Assembly (NCBI GenBank): GCA_904063045.1
Contig: CAJFCJ010000001.1
Location: 806,001 to 870,000 of the forward strand
Origin: Dimorphilus gyrociliatus
Taxonomy: Eukaryota > Animalia > Annelida
Length of the DNA: 64,000 nt
Direction: 5' to 3'
Shown: positions 25,506-37,727 of the stretch, in pieces
Position numbering within the stretch: position 1 is the first letter of the stretch
Layout of the letters: every line of letters starts with the position of its first letter
Program-made: the position numbers and the translations under genes
Notes under the pieces: model-generated
The model's database searches: none
Told to the model about the DNA's origin: nothing
What the model saw: only the letters and a program-made list of their open reading frames with translations

Positions 25506-27832
25506 TTCTTTGGTAATTGTCGATGCAAACATACTTTGATGAAATGTTCAGCCTACTTTGATGTTGAACTTAATTATGCTTTTTTTGAAATATATTTCAT
25601 ATGAACCTTCTTTCATTAATTAATCTTTATAATTCAAAAAAATATGTGTCAGGAAAGCAGTACAATAGTTTAAACAGAACCTCTACCAGCCATTTCCCGA
25701 AATGTCCTTTGGTATTTCAATTAAGTACTATTATTGTCAAGATAAATTGCCTAATTCCTTAATAATTTTATTATGTCAAACAAAAATTAATAAGAGACGC
25801 TTCCATTTCACACACAAAAAAACACTGACAACATCCTAATATAAATAAATAATAGTACAGTTTGACAAATTCAAAAAAAAACCCTTACTATTCTTCAGGA
25901 TATTATCGAACTATGTATTATTTCTATTGTATTTTTAGATCCTTACCGAGTATAATAGTTTAATAACTGGCTCTATTCAAACAAATAATTATAATTATTT
26001 TCGTATTTAATTAAAGTCTAAATTATTAAATCTATAAAATTAGTATATCTCCTTTTTTACAATGTTAATCCTATAACGGTATAGAATATGTATACAGAAA
26101 AATAGGACAAAAATGTCAAGTAATATTGGTTGAAGAATAAAGAGTAGTAGGAAAGAACATCAACAACAAAAAAGTCGTTCAAATCAATATCAAGTATTCA
26201 TAAACTATAAACGATATTAGAATACCTAGAGCAGATATTTTTAAAAGGGTTTAATGAAATGGAGAAGAGAAGGCAGAGGAGAAGGAGGAGGAGGAGGAGG
26301 AGGAGAAACGTAAGGTAATACTGTACAATTTAAGTACTACGATAGTGAATTTCTAATATTAAAAAAAATAAACAGAACCAAAAAAAAAGCTATTAAAAAT
26401 CTAAATAAAAAAAATACTCTAATTAACAAGATTTAACTTGCTTTTCAGCTTGATCGAATTATTTGGGTAGTTGAATCCATTCAGTATATTCAGCTACTGT
26501 AGGCCTAATCTAAATAGTTTCTTTCTACTCAGAAGCACTGATAACAAAAGACAGCAAGATGATTGACGGAATGGTTTTTTTATTGTTCAATATTATGATA
26601 ATATTGCGTAATAAATAGTCGTTGTCGAAAATTTTTTGGTTGTAAATATTGTTAGGTTAAATACCATGAGGTGGCGTTATTAATGGAATTTTTAACAATA
26701 GCCTACCCTTCACTTTGAAAGTAACTTTTGAATTAAATTTGCATAAATTAAAAAGAAAAACAGTTTCTATACTAAAACTGGAGTAAGTAGGACTTTCAGG
26801 TGACGATCGGAATAGGCCTATTAATTTTATTTTGGCACTCTACGAACACTTTTTGTATTGAAATTACTTTTCTTAAAAAAAGGTTATAAAAGATAATGGA
26901 AACTATGGTAATATATCGGTTAAAAACAAAAGAAAAAGATATTAATAAATACGAAAAAGACTATAAAACGTATTGATTTTTAAAAACAAAACTAAAAGCA
27001 AAGCATAAATTAAATATTTTCTTCTATTCATTTAATCAGTCGCTATTTATACTAGAAATGACTATAAGTCTATTTATAAAGTTATTTTCATATAAGATGT
27101 ATTAAGATATTCGATGACTAATTTTCATAAAATATACAAATAGTTATAAAAAAAAAAGACAAAAAAGCAGTTTGTTATTATAAAAAAAAAGATCTGAAAT
27201 TGCTACAGATAATCATATTATAATTATAAAATATATATATATATATACAGTATTTACGTATAATGTTTAAAAAAAGACTATGAAGACTAGGATGGGGAAG
27301 GATGGAGATTGAAGAATAGCCGAAGATATATATATATATATATATATGTGTATATATAAACTTATGCGTTAGAATATCTAAGTATAGACAGTCTGTCAAT
27401 AAATTTACAATTTGGAAAGTTCAAAAGGAGGTTGTAAACAGTAAGTGTAATAAAAAAAAGAACGAACGAAAGAAGAGAAACGTGAGAGTGCATTATAAAG
27501 TTAATTACTCTTTATAATTACTTCATAATTGTTACCTTGAATCTGCTAAGTCTCCAGACATAAAATTATCGTCTGCTAAGTATTAGCCCTAATAAAAAAA
27601 ATCAGCCCATTTCAAATTTTTATATCTCCTGATTCACCAAAAAAACCAGATAGGACTGTTAAAGATAAGGAAAATGAGTCATACTCATGTTAATAAATTA
27701 AATCATATGGTGATTATATACCGCAATTGCATCTATATTCTTCTTTTTAAAGTATTCATTAAAAGTACAAATGAATAATTAGTAAAATGGTTTTTTTCTT
27801 TTTTCTTAGTTTCTTTCAAAAGTTAATATATA

Positions 27833-28027
27833 CAGTATATATATATATCTATATATATATATATATATATACCTTATTTATACATTACAATTTCTTAAAT
27901 TGAAAGAAATGTTTCTTTTTCTTTTCTAAGTACCAAAAAAGAATCTGTTTTCTGCAAACAAACAATAGTGCACAGAACGATCGTTAAAAAATATATATAA
28001 ACATACATATGCAATTTATATATATAT

Positions 28028-28068
<41 letters not shown>

Positions 28069-28130
28069 TTGGTTTTTATGCATATATGTATATATATATA
28101 TATATATATACTTATATATGTACATGGATA
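27833..28130. repeat. Compound (TA)n microsatellite / low-complexity block downstream of SLC10
   Basis: Several long TATATA runs seen directly. Similar runs occur near 15320-15350, 27308-27350, 30457-30482 and 35649-35681. Confidence 0.9.
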
Positions 28131-28318
28131 TATCTAGACTTAAAAAGGAGAAAATATAACTTATGTCCAATGTCGGATAAAAACTCCTACAACCAGCTAT
28201 GCACAAAGAATCAATTGCAAAACTTGCAAAATAACGATATAAGAAAAAAAAAAGCGTTCCCCATTCTCCGCTCAAGTAATATCACACCGGCAGTGTCAGA
28301 CTAAAAATAATTAAAAGA

Positions 28319-29710
28319 TCATAACTCTGTTTTTTCATTTTCAATTTTTTCCGGCTGGTTAAGAGGTTCAGCTGCTTCGAGATGTCCATCTCCATTACAT
28401 TTTTCACTTAATTCTTGATCGACATTTGCCTCCTCGCCTTTTTTCTTTCTCTTTTCTAAATGTAAACGAGTTTGTCGAATGATAATAGCTAAAGTAGGCA
28501 ATGATCCTCCCATTATCATATATACAATGGGGACAGCCCCACCTATATCCTCATCAGGGGCTGGTAGAGATAAACGAAGCATCAGCATAGCTAAACCTAC
28601 GTTTTGGAATCCAACCATGCATCCGACAGTTATTGCTCGTTCTTTTCCACTTTTAAGAAAGTAAGCCGCAAACCCGGAACTTACGTAGCCGATAAAAGGA
28701 AGAAGAAATGTTGCGATATAAACAGTCCAGTGAAGGAAAGGAATGACATAATAATACACCGCGACACCTAATCCGAAAAACGTAGTTCCAACTATGATTA
28801 GGCAAGGTTTGAGTGCTTTCTGCAAGAATTTGGCGACTTTTGGTTGCCACAGAGTGATCGCCATGGCGATGGCAACGGGAAATAAAACAATGGCTAGGGA
28901 AGCAAAGACATTTTCAACCGAAATAGTTATCGGTTCCGTTTCAAAGGTCTCTAGAAAAGGTTTAAGCAACCAAATCCAAAGAGGAGATGTTGCCAGAGCG
29001 GCTATCAGACCCGTCAAATTCATGAGTAACGCTAGCTCCATATCAGCATCAAGTAAGATGGCAAATATGTTCCCACTACCGCCAGAAGGTGAACAGCCTA
29101 TAGCCAAGAGGCCTAAGGCTAGTACAGAGTCCAGTTGCAGTCCCTTCGCTATAGCGAAACTTAAGGGAGCCATCACAAAAAATTGCCAGATTATACCAAT
29201 GAGTGGAGCTGTCGGCTTTTTGAGTAGTTTGAGTAACAATTTTACTTGGATTTTCAGTCCTAATCCGATGTTTGAGAGGACAAGAAGGACTGCTAGGATA
29301 ATGATAAATACCATGCTTAGAGTACCCTTTTCTTTTAAAACAAATATTTCTAATTTTGTTACTTTCATTCGACAAAACTTTTCTCGATCTAAAATTTCCA
29401 TGTATGTTTTTCCTACCTTTAGTAAATTCAAACTGATATTCCCACTAAAACATATCTCATCATCACTCCAAGCATAGAGTGTCTTATTCCCGCTGATCTC
29501 AGCAATAGATCCATCGTCTATCCTCAATTCAAATTTGGATTTACAAGACGAGCATGTTAAATTTAATTCCACATTAACATGATTTGACTTAATACTTAGG
29601 TAAGATTTAACTGTCTTTGTTGAAAATGTCGAATTACAATCGCAAGTAATATCCGATGAGATAGCAGCATGAAAAAATAGAGTAATGAGAACAAATTCCA
29701 ACCAAGCCAT
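28319..29710 (-). CDS. SLC10-like: SLC10 family sodium/bile acid cotransporter-like protein with signal peptide and N-terminal luminal extension, intronless, 463 aa
   Basis: PLIGIIWQFFVMAPL, GCSPSGGSGN, DMELALLM, ITVGCMVGFQNVGLA; multiple TM segments; signal peptide MAWLEFVLITLFFHAAISS. Confidence 0.92.
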   Translation of the reverse strand: MAWLEFVLITLFFHAAISSDITCDCNSTFSTKTVKSYLSIKSNHVNVELNLTCSSCKSKFELRIDDGSIAEISGNKTLYAWSDDEICFSGNISLNLLKVGKTYMEILDREKFCRMKVTKLEIFVLKEKGTLSMVFIIILAVLLVLSNIGLGLKIQVKLLLKLLKKPTAPLIGIIWQFFVMAPLSFAIAKGLQLDSVLALGLLAIGCSPSGGSGNIFAILLDADMELALLMNLTGLIAALATSPLWIWLLKPFLETFETEPITISVENVFASLAIVLFPVAIAMAITLWQPKVAKFLQKALKPCLIIVGTTFFGLGVAVYYYVIPFLHWTVYIATFLLPFIGYVSSGFAAYFLKSGKERAITVGCMVGFQNVGLAMLMLRLSLPAPDEDIGGAVPIVYMIMGGSLPTLAIIIRQTRLHLEKRKKKGEEANVDQELSEKCNGDGHLEAAEPLNQPEKIENEKTEL

Positions 29711-30387
29711 TGTTTTCTTTTTTAGTTCATTCTAGGCGGTTCAACGCCCAGAATAAATCTGTAATCTTTTCCCAGTAATCAAATGTTTTTGCAGATGCTT
29801 TGCTAAAATATGGCCGATTTCTGCACTTGTTGGAGTGTGTTGCGTCTTAAAACCACGCCTCTTCAACAAATGTATTAAAATGAGACGATTGAGAATATAA
29901 TCCAAAAATAAAAATCACAAGATACCAAACGACCGTTCTGTATTTCGATAAAGCTTTATCGGCGCGAACTACTGTCCCCGTTCCTCATGCAGTTGATTAA
30001 TCAATATTGCTCAAATATTGTTTGGCGCCGTCTATCGGAGACACAGAAAATGAATACAAAAATTATTAAAGAGTCGGAGATTCTAAGGTGGCGATTGTGG
30101 AAAGAGTTACGACGGCCATTTTGAAAATGAAGTAGTGCTGTAAGAGAGTGTTGCTCTGCCTGCCTGTGAGCTTCCCTTATGGGTAAAAGCGCGAGTGGTA
30201 ATAATCAATATAATCTATTACTTTTTGAAAAATGTATTTTAGATTGAACATACAGTATATAAAGATAGCTTTAAACTAGAAATCTTAGATCATTTGATTT
30301 TAGCGTATTTGAGCTTGCATCAAATTTCTGTCCTCCTCTATAAATACAATATAGAGTATCCTCTTGAATACAGTTTCTTAATATAAA

Positions 30388-30452
30388 TTATTGTGGCTGA
30401 TAAAACAATCGACAACGCTCATTAAAGACCTGTAGAAGTGAATTTACATATT

Positions 30453-30483
<31 letters not shown>

Positions 30484-31586
30484 ACCAAAGTATATATGTA
30501 AAAAAATCTAATTGACATTTTGTAAAAACCATATCGTAATCGGAGAATTTCTAATCTAGGAAAAGTCACTGAGTATTTTCTTAATTTGATATGTCTGTAA
30601 ATTTTTTAGCTGACCTTTTTTTTATATAAAATTACAAAACTATTACAGTATATTGACTTTTTTCTTTCTATTTTTATCCAATAGTAAATAGAAAAAACTT
30701 GTAAATTCTACGAGACTACGAAAATCTCTTTTTTATATTTAAAAAACAATCTCTTTTCTAAATGTAACATATAAAATAACTTGTATAAATAGTGAAATAT
30801 ATTAAAAATTCTCCAAAGCTTATAATGTACTCTATAATAAAACTACAATACAAAGAACATCTAACCTTTTTTGTTCGATCATGGATTACTTCTTCTACAT
30901 CTAGTTCAGCCTTCATTAATCGTAACTGTATATAAGTGAATTATATGAAACTATACTAATGAGAATTTTACGCTAGTAAGAACAGAATTTGTATACAAAC
31001 TTTTCGTTGTTCTTTCCTCAAGCTATTCTTGAAAGAGTCATTTTCAGCATTATTATCATATTCACCATATAGTTTAGTGATTGTGTTTGCACTTTGTTCT
31101 ATGCACCGTTGAATACCTATTTTTCGGCTTTCGTGCGCCACTTTAAGCTGGATATGTATTCATTGTTTATGCTTATTCATCCTACTTTCATTACACTGAG
31201 AATATTTATTATACCTGTTTGTGGAATAGCTTGCAACCGTCTGCAGCATCAACTTTACTGGTAAAAGAATCGGTCGGAATAGTTGTATTCAATTTATGAA
31301 TAATCCTATCATCAATTGTTCGGAGTTTCTTCAGAATATCCTTTTCGGTTACAAAATAATAAAAACATATATAGTATTTTGACATTCAAACAAATGCCGA
31401 CCCCCACTAATTTATCGCCCAGTTAAAGTTATACTTTGTACACAAAGTAAATATTTTTAAGGGTTAAGACTCTAATTTTCTATTTAAAGAACAAAATTAG
31501 AAAAAGAAAACTTGGACAAGTACCTGAAACAAAGCAAATTCGTGGCATGGTAATACGTTTTTTTCTTCAATAGCAGGGGCTGCCAT
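30388..31586 (-). CDS. CCDC58: MIX23/CCDC58 mitochondrial intermembrane-space protein (5 short exons, missed by the ORF track)
   Basis: Spliced product MAAPAIEEKNVLPCHEFALFQ|DILKKLRTIDDRIIHKLNTTIPTDSFTSKVDAADGCK..|LKVAHESR..CIEQS..LRKEQRK|LRLMKAELDVEEVIHDRTKK|VFNERCRLFYQPQ* matches CCDC58 ([37 protein letters not shown]). Confidence 0.92.
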
Positions 31587-32315
31587 GTTTATTAAGAATG
31601 TATTACCAATTTATAAATTAAAAACTGGTGTTATTTTAATTTCAAATAACCTTGTTACAAATTCTCCCAACAAAAGAAACAGATTTTCACATTTACCAAG
31701 AATTTTATAATAAGTAAAATAAAGAGCTAAGCCAAATAACCTATATCATAATTCACAAGCGAAGATTGTAATATTCTATTACACAGTATTTACATGTCTG
31801 TAAATCATTTCTATTTTTCAAATTTACAAAGTCTGATAATACTAAAAACTTTAATTATACTTTATATAAGTATATGTATATATATTTATATATATAGACA
31901 GGTATACTTCTATATATTTAAAGATATATTATATTATATTATAAGTTCAATAGAATATTTTTTCATTATACTATTAAGAAAAGAACCTTGGATTTATATC
32001 AAAAGGAATTTTTTTTTACAAACGTTGAAATATCTTTCGTAAGAGTTTTGTCATACTTCTAAGCATAAATGAATTGATTAAATAGATATAAATATATATA
32101 TTTTACTAGGATAAAGTAATATTTTATTTGAAGAGTTTTTTTTACCAAAAATAAATCAATACGTATTCTTTTTTATTTATATAATAATTTATTGTTGTTT
32201 GTTATAAAAAGACTCATCTTTAATCTTGTAATATAGTGTATTAGTTAAAAAAAATTAGGTAAAAACTATGATAAATGCCGATATATTTTAAATACTCATG
32301 AGATAGTCTTTTAAA

Positions 32316-32785
32316 TTATTTTCCTACTCTTTGAATTCTCCATTCCTGTTGACAAAGCGGACATCTATTATTCTGCTTTACCCATAAGCTCATACAACAC
32401 AAATGAAATGAATGGTTGCAGTCCCCCCAAACGACTACACACTCTTCGTGTTTATTATCTGTTTGGCATCTCAAGCAAGCATCTGAAATTCGAATATTTT
32501 TTAAAATTATATTTTAAAAGAATGCTATTAGTTTTTTAATAAATAAAAAACGAATGAGATTTTATCAGAAATATTTAAATAAATATCATAATATTAAACT
32601 ACAATCTAAAGGGAAAAGTTAAATTTTTTTATTAAAACAACATATTTTCGCCCACCCATAAATTGAACACGACAAATTGCACACGTATCACGCTCTTCAT
32701 CCCATTTCCATGTAGCAATTGCATTCCACTTTTTTATTGTGAATAACTTATCTCCCGAAGATGAATTGGTTTCGTCAGTGTCCAT
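32316..32785 (-). CDS. RNF7: RBX2/SAG RING-box protein, copy A (divergent), 2 exons, 98 aa
   Basis: Exons 32656-32785 and 32316-32482: [98 protein letters not shown]. Confidence 0.93.
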
Positions 32786-33351
32786 TTATGAGATCAAATT
32801 TCGTTCCTCTAGTCCTATAAACAGTGTCCAATAGTAATTTTTGTTTTGAATATATAGATGGCTATTGACATTTAAGTGTCCTGAAAGCAGATAATATTAA
32901 ATGAGAAATTACTAAATAATTTAAGCAGTCTTGAAAGCTTAATTTTGAAAGAGGCAACTAAAGAAGCCTATGAACTAGACACTCAAATTTGTATAAGGAC
33001 TTTCTTTCTAAGAATTTTCAATACCTCAGAGCAGAGGTAAATCAATTACATATAATTTATTTATTTAAGTTAGTCTGGTATTAAATTCTAAATTCAGTTC
33101 ATTAGTGGTCAGTCGTATTTTTTGATAACGATATATTAATTTAGGAGATTTCTCTTGTTTATCTTCAAAATAAATTTAAATCTTTCATTAAAAAATTATT
33201 ATCAGGCACTAAATTATAAAAAAGGTTTGATTTAGCTTTAGTATATTTCATAAAATAGTTTATTATGAAATATAATTAACTTACGTAAAAAGTTGTTCCA
33301 TTTTTTAACAAATGCTTTTTATTCGATAAAGCTTTTTTCTTAGATTATTCT

Positions 33352-33930
33352 ATGGATGAAAATCAAGAAGATCCGGAAATATTTGCTAAAAGACAAAAAA
33401 TGCATACGTCTTTCTTGAATAAATTAAACGAATATAAAATGGAAGTTGGATCTGATATTCAACAAAGGTTAACAGATGAATTATTATCGGGGCTGGCAAG
33501 TTCACTTCTCAATGATTCTGTTTTTGAGATATGCAGAACTTTAAGGGAGGTTCAACATTTGGAGGAGAAAAATTTATTTTCTTCAAGAGTAAAAATGGTA
33601 AATGAACAGGTTGTTTCAAAACAGGAAGTTATAAGTAAGCATCGGGAGAAAATTCAGTCTTGTTTATCTGAACCAGAAAACCTTCAAGCCGTTCAGGCGC
33701 AATGTGAAAAAGAAGCTAAAGAGTTTGATTTAAAATGTGAAGATGAATTGAAGAAGAAAGATATGCGCATAATAATGGAACTAGATCAAAAAGTTATGGA
33801 TCAACAAGTAACTCTGGAAAAGCTTGGTATTCCAGGCTTTTATGTAACAAATAAGGAAATTGAAATGCAAGTTCAGATGTGCTTATTAGAATTTATTTTA
33901 AAACTTCAAAACTCTCAGGAAAATGATTAA
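33352..33930 (+). CDS. DGCR6: DGCR6 / gonadal (gdl) family protein, intronless CDS
   Basis: QQRLTDELLSGLASSLLNDSVFEI..L.EVQHLEEKNL; ELDQKVMDQQVTLEKLGIPGFYVTN...QMCLLEFILKL. Confidence 0.92.
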   Translation: MDENQEDPEIFAKRQKMHTSFLNKLNEYKMEVGSDIQQRLTDELLSGLASSLLNDSVFEICRTLREVQHLEEKNLFSSRVKMVNEQVVSKQEVISKHREKIQSCLSEPENLQAVQAQCEKEAKEFDLKCEDELKKKDMRIIMELDQKVMDQQVTLEKLGIPGFYVTNKEIEMQVQMCLLEFILKLQNSQEND

Positions 33931-34330
33931 CAAATCACAAAATACGAAAATCACTTGTCAAAAAAATCTGGTCTTAATAGAAGTTTGAAAAAGTAGGATT
34001 ATTTCTATATTGAGAGTAATCCTTCGAATTTAGTTCGTAATATTAAAAAAAAACAATAAGTCGATTTCTTCTATTTTTATACATTTGCTAACAGTTTTTT
34101 CTTAGTGGATAATTTTTTGAAAGATTTTTCCTGCCATTTATGAACACTGAAAAGTTCTTCCTACGATGCATATTTCATTTTGTTTTCTCTAATATTTTTC
34201 AATTGTTAATTTTTAATAAATGTTCGTTTGAAAAAATTTTAAGCTGGTTCCTAGAGACAATTTTGCTTTTCTCTGACATTGTAAATTATCGAAAAGGTAA
34301 TTTAGAATTTTAAGGAATTTGCTTTTGAAA

Positions 34331-35645
34331 ATGGACCATGATATTGAGAATTATTATAGGACTGCAGAAAAACTTTGCAGACATGCAGGAGAGGTATAAT
34401 TTCTTAGCAAAATATAAGATTTGCGGCTTTTGAAGCAATGTTTATTTTCGTTATATTATCGCTCAATAGGTAATTAAAGAGGCCTTTTACCAAGACAAGC
34501 TTGTTGAACAAAAATCAAGTATTGGTGATTTAGTAACCGAAACCGATAAGAAAGTAGAGGATATGGTCGTCCGTAAGCTCTTGGAAATTTTTCCTTCTCA
34601 TGAGTATGCTTTTCCCAAAGTTTCATAAAAGTACAATTTCACAAGTATACTGCTTCATTTAGATTCATTGGCGAAGAGAATACTGCAGCCGGTAAAGAAA
34701 ATATATTGTCTGATAAACCTACTTGGGTTATTGATCCAATTGATGGAACTAATAATTTTGTTCACAGGTGACACACTTTATTAAATTTTATAGATGTTTT
34801 TTTTTAATTTGCCTCTTACTTATATAGATTTCCTTTTGTCTGTATTTCTGTCGGTCTACTCATAGAAAAAAAACCGGTCGTGGGAATTATCTATAATCCG
34901 ATTACAGATGAATATTATCATGCTATTAAAGGACAAGGAGCCTTTTGCAATGGAGAGCGAATACACGTCAAAAAGACTGAGGGTAAATAGGTTTACTATT
35001 AACGAATAAAATTTCGCTTTTTTATACAGTATTTAATTGCAATTTAAAAACAGAATTGAAGGATGCTCTCCTCTGTACTGAATTTGGATCTAGCAGAGAT
35101 AAGGACATACTGGATGTTAAATTGGGTAATATGAGAAAGATAATAGATTATGTTCATGGGTAATTATTCGTATAAACTGCTTTATTATAACTCTATCTCA
35201 ACAACGCATCGATTGAATAATTATAGGATACGAACCTTAGGGTCAGCTGCTTTACATATGTGCTTAGTGGCCAAAGCAGCTTCCGACGTTTATTTTAGTT
35301 TCGGAATACATATTTGGGACTTTACTGCAGGTTATCTGATTGTTCAAGAAGCTGGTGGTTGCGTTATTGACACAGCAGGTTTTCATATTTTACTTGCGAA
35401 AAAACTTGAATCTCCTAACAAACTATCAACATTAATAGTTATTTTTCGAATATTTAATCTTATAAAAAATCATACAACTGATAGTTGTGTAGAACTAAAT
35501 TTTTAATTTAGGTGAATCCACACTAAAAACAAACGCTATGAATGACTAGGTAATTAACTTAATATAAACTTAATATATATCGTTATTCGAAAAGTGACAA
35601 CGTTTGTCTGTCAATTTTTTTTTTGGGTATTCTATGATTTGCACT

Positions 35646-35684
<39 letters not shown>

Positions 35685-36316
35685 ATATTTATATACATAT
35701 ATATGTATATAAGAGACACTCTTTGTAACATATTTTAAACTTCTTAGAGAAGGATTACTCTACTGTTTGCTTTCATTCGTTGCCGAAACAATTTATAAAC
35801 AAACCAGATAATTAAATTAATCATTACTTGATAATTAATCCTACGTCCCTGTATATTATCAATACAGAATAAGAATGCTTGGTTCGGCTGCAATGAATAT
35901 TACGCAAATAGCTAGAGGAAGCGTAGATGCCTATTTTGAATACGGTACACATTGCTGGGATATCGCAGCTGGGGTAATAATACTGACTGAAGCTGGTGGA
36001 TGTGCTCTCGATACAGCAGGTGGTTGCATCTTCCTTTCTGATTAATAAGTGCTTCAAAAAACCTGGACAAATTTTCTTTTTTTATTTTAGAAATAATCAC
36101 ACTTTTTGAAATTCACTTTCATTTTTTCTACTAACTCTTAATCTTTAAGGAATTAATTATTTAAAATCCTAAATGCATAACTATTAGTAAAAATAATAGT
36201 ATATTTCAGGAGGTGAAGTGGACCTTATGAGTCGCAGAATTTTGTGCGCTGGTACGCCTCAATTGGCTCATGCTCTTTCAAAGATGTTGAAGCAAATCGA
36301 ACTAGAACGTGACTAA
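34331..36316 (+). CDS. IMPA1: Inositol monophosphatase (IMPase) with two alternative copies of exon 6
   Basis: [35 protein letters not shown]...WD, DLMSRR motifs; 7-exon path with consistent splice phases. Confidence 0.95.
35227..35378 (+). other. IMPA1: IMPase alternative exon 6a (152 nt, phase 2 to 1)
   Basis: ttatag|G ATA CGA...ACA GCA G|gttttc encodes [50 protein letters not shown]. Confidence 0.88.
35868..36019 (+). other. IMPA1: IMPase alternative exon 6b (152 nt, phase 2 to 1)
   Basis: aatacag|A ATA AGA...ACA GCA G|gtggtt encodes [50 protein letters not shown]. Confidence 0.88.
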
Positions 36317-36778
36317 GAAAATTGTAAATAGCTAGAGAAGTAGTTTGATAGTGTGTCTGTTAGTAATATCAAATATTGATAATATGAGACAACTCGAGTG
36401 AAAAGCTACAATACAATTCAGCACGAGTACTCTTATGTTAAAAATATATCTAAGGTATTCGTTTTTCAACACATTCTTGAATAATTTTAATACAAACTCT
36501 AACTTATTTATTTAAAAGTAACTTTGAGATAGCAAATGTTTTTTATTTGTATTAATAGCGGGAAATCAGGCACAGAGCCACCTAGATTTTCATTGAACAT
36601 ATTCAGCGCAGGCAAATTTCCGGTTCCGGGTCTTACTACTCATAACTACTCAATATCTTTATTCAAGAAAAAGTTGCCTTTTTAATACGGTGAGTTATAA
36701 AATACTCAAAAATTCGATACATTGAGCGCAATTTCGTATTCGTTACGAACAGCTGTTACATTTAATAGATTTCAAATT

Positions 36779-37126
36779 ATGACCATTCGCGAAAGAATGT
36801 CGACAGAGAAGACCAAGTATTATCGTTTAAAAGAGACATCAGAGGGATATGTTGATCTTAGGTTTGAGCAACAAATCAAACGTCCTATTCCTTATCGGGC
36901 TATCCTGTTAGCTGTTGCTCTATTTACTTGTGGAACGTTTTTTCTAGTCATAGGCGGTATGCTGGTTGGTGGTCTCATTGCCGAAGAATATAAAGATAGA
37001 ACATGGCCTGTACTCTTCCTAGGAGCGATTATGTTCATACCAGGAGCCTATCACGTAAGGCTAGCATATTTGGCTTACAAAGGATATGACGGTTACAGCT
37101 TTGACGATATACCTACATTTGAGTGA
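36779..37126 (+). CDS. TMEM230: TMEM230 family membrane protein
   Basis: KYYRL...GYVDLRF...IPYRAILLAVALF...RTWPVLFLGAIMFIPGAYHVRLAYLAYKGYDGYSFDDIP. A probable 5'UTR intron lies at 36690-36768. Confidence 0.92.
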   Translation: MTIRERMSTEKTKYYRLKETSEGYVDLRFEQQIKRPIPYRAILLAVALFTCGTFFLVIGGMLVGGLIAEEYKDRTWPVLFLGAIMFIPGAYHVRLAYLAYKGYDGYSFDDIPTFE

Positions 37127-37727
37127 TTTTTTTGTAATTTACCAACTCTTAACTGTCAAGTTTACTTGAAATCTTTTAAATGCCAGTATAAATTCACTTA
37201 TGTAAAAAGAGTTTGTATCTATTTGTAAAATAATGTTGATTATGCTATTTACCGAAGCAGAAATTAATGGTATTACTACAATGTTGAGTTTGACTTCACT
37301 TCTAAAATTTGACTTTTAACAGAAGCAAATTGATTATTCATAACTTTTTATTTGGCAAGCAAATTTTATTACTCGCGATGAATCGCCTTTAATTAACCTT
37401 TAATCATTAATAAATTAATATTACAATCTTTTGACAAATAAAATTAGTGTGTAAATATTCTTCAATAATAAAAGTAAGCCATCAGTCACTAGTGAGTTTC
37501 CTGTAAATGTTGATAAAATCTCTAAAGGTATCGTTTTGTTTATAATTTTCTTACAAAATCGACTTTCAAATGCCCAAGGAAGTTTAAATATTTCTCAAAA
37601 GTTTTATTATAAAAAGAGTGTTTCTTTAAATCACATAACATTCTTTTAAATTCGAAAAAGAATAATTCATGATACGTAAATACTATTGTAATTGCTTGTG
37701 ACGAGAGAATCTAAAGCAATCTGCAAT

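Noticed and set aside
28794-29477. 227-aa antisense ORF
   Set aside because: Lies opposite the SLC10 CDS with no motif; typical shadow ORF.
35824-36100. Minus-strand ORFs suggesting a nested antisense gene in the IMPase intron
   Set aside because: They are the antisense shadow of alternative exon 6b on the plus strand.
33352-37126. Operon-like or trans-spliced arrangement of the tightly packed same-strand genes DGCR6, IMPA and TMEM230
   Set aside because: Gaps are ~400-460 nt, and the acceptors before the ATGs have matching upstream cis donors, so no outron or trans-splicing is needed.
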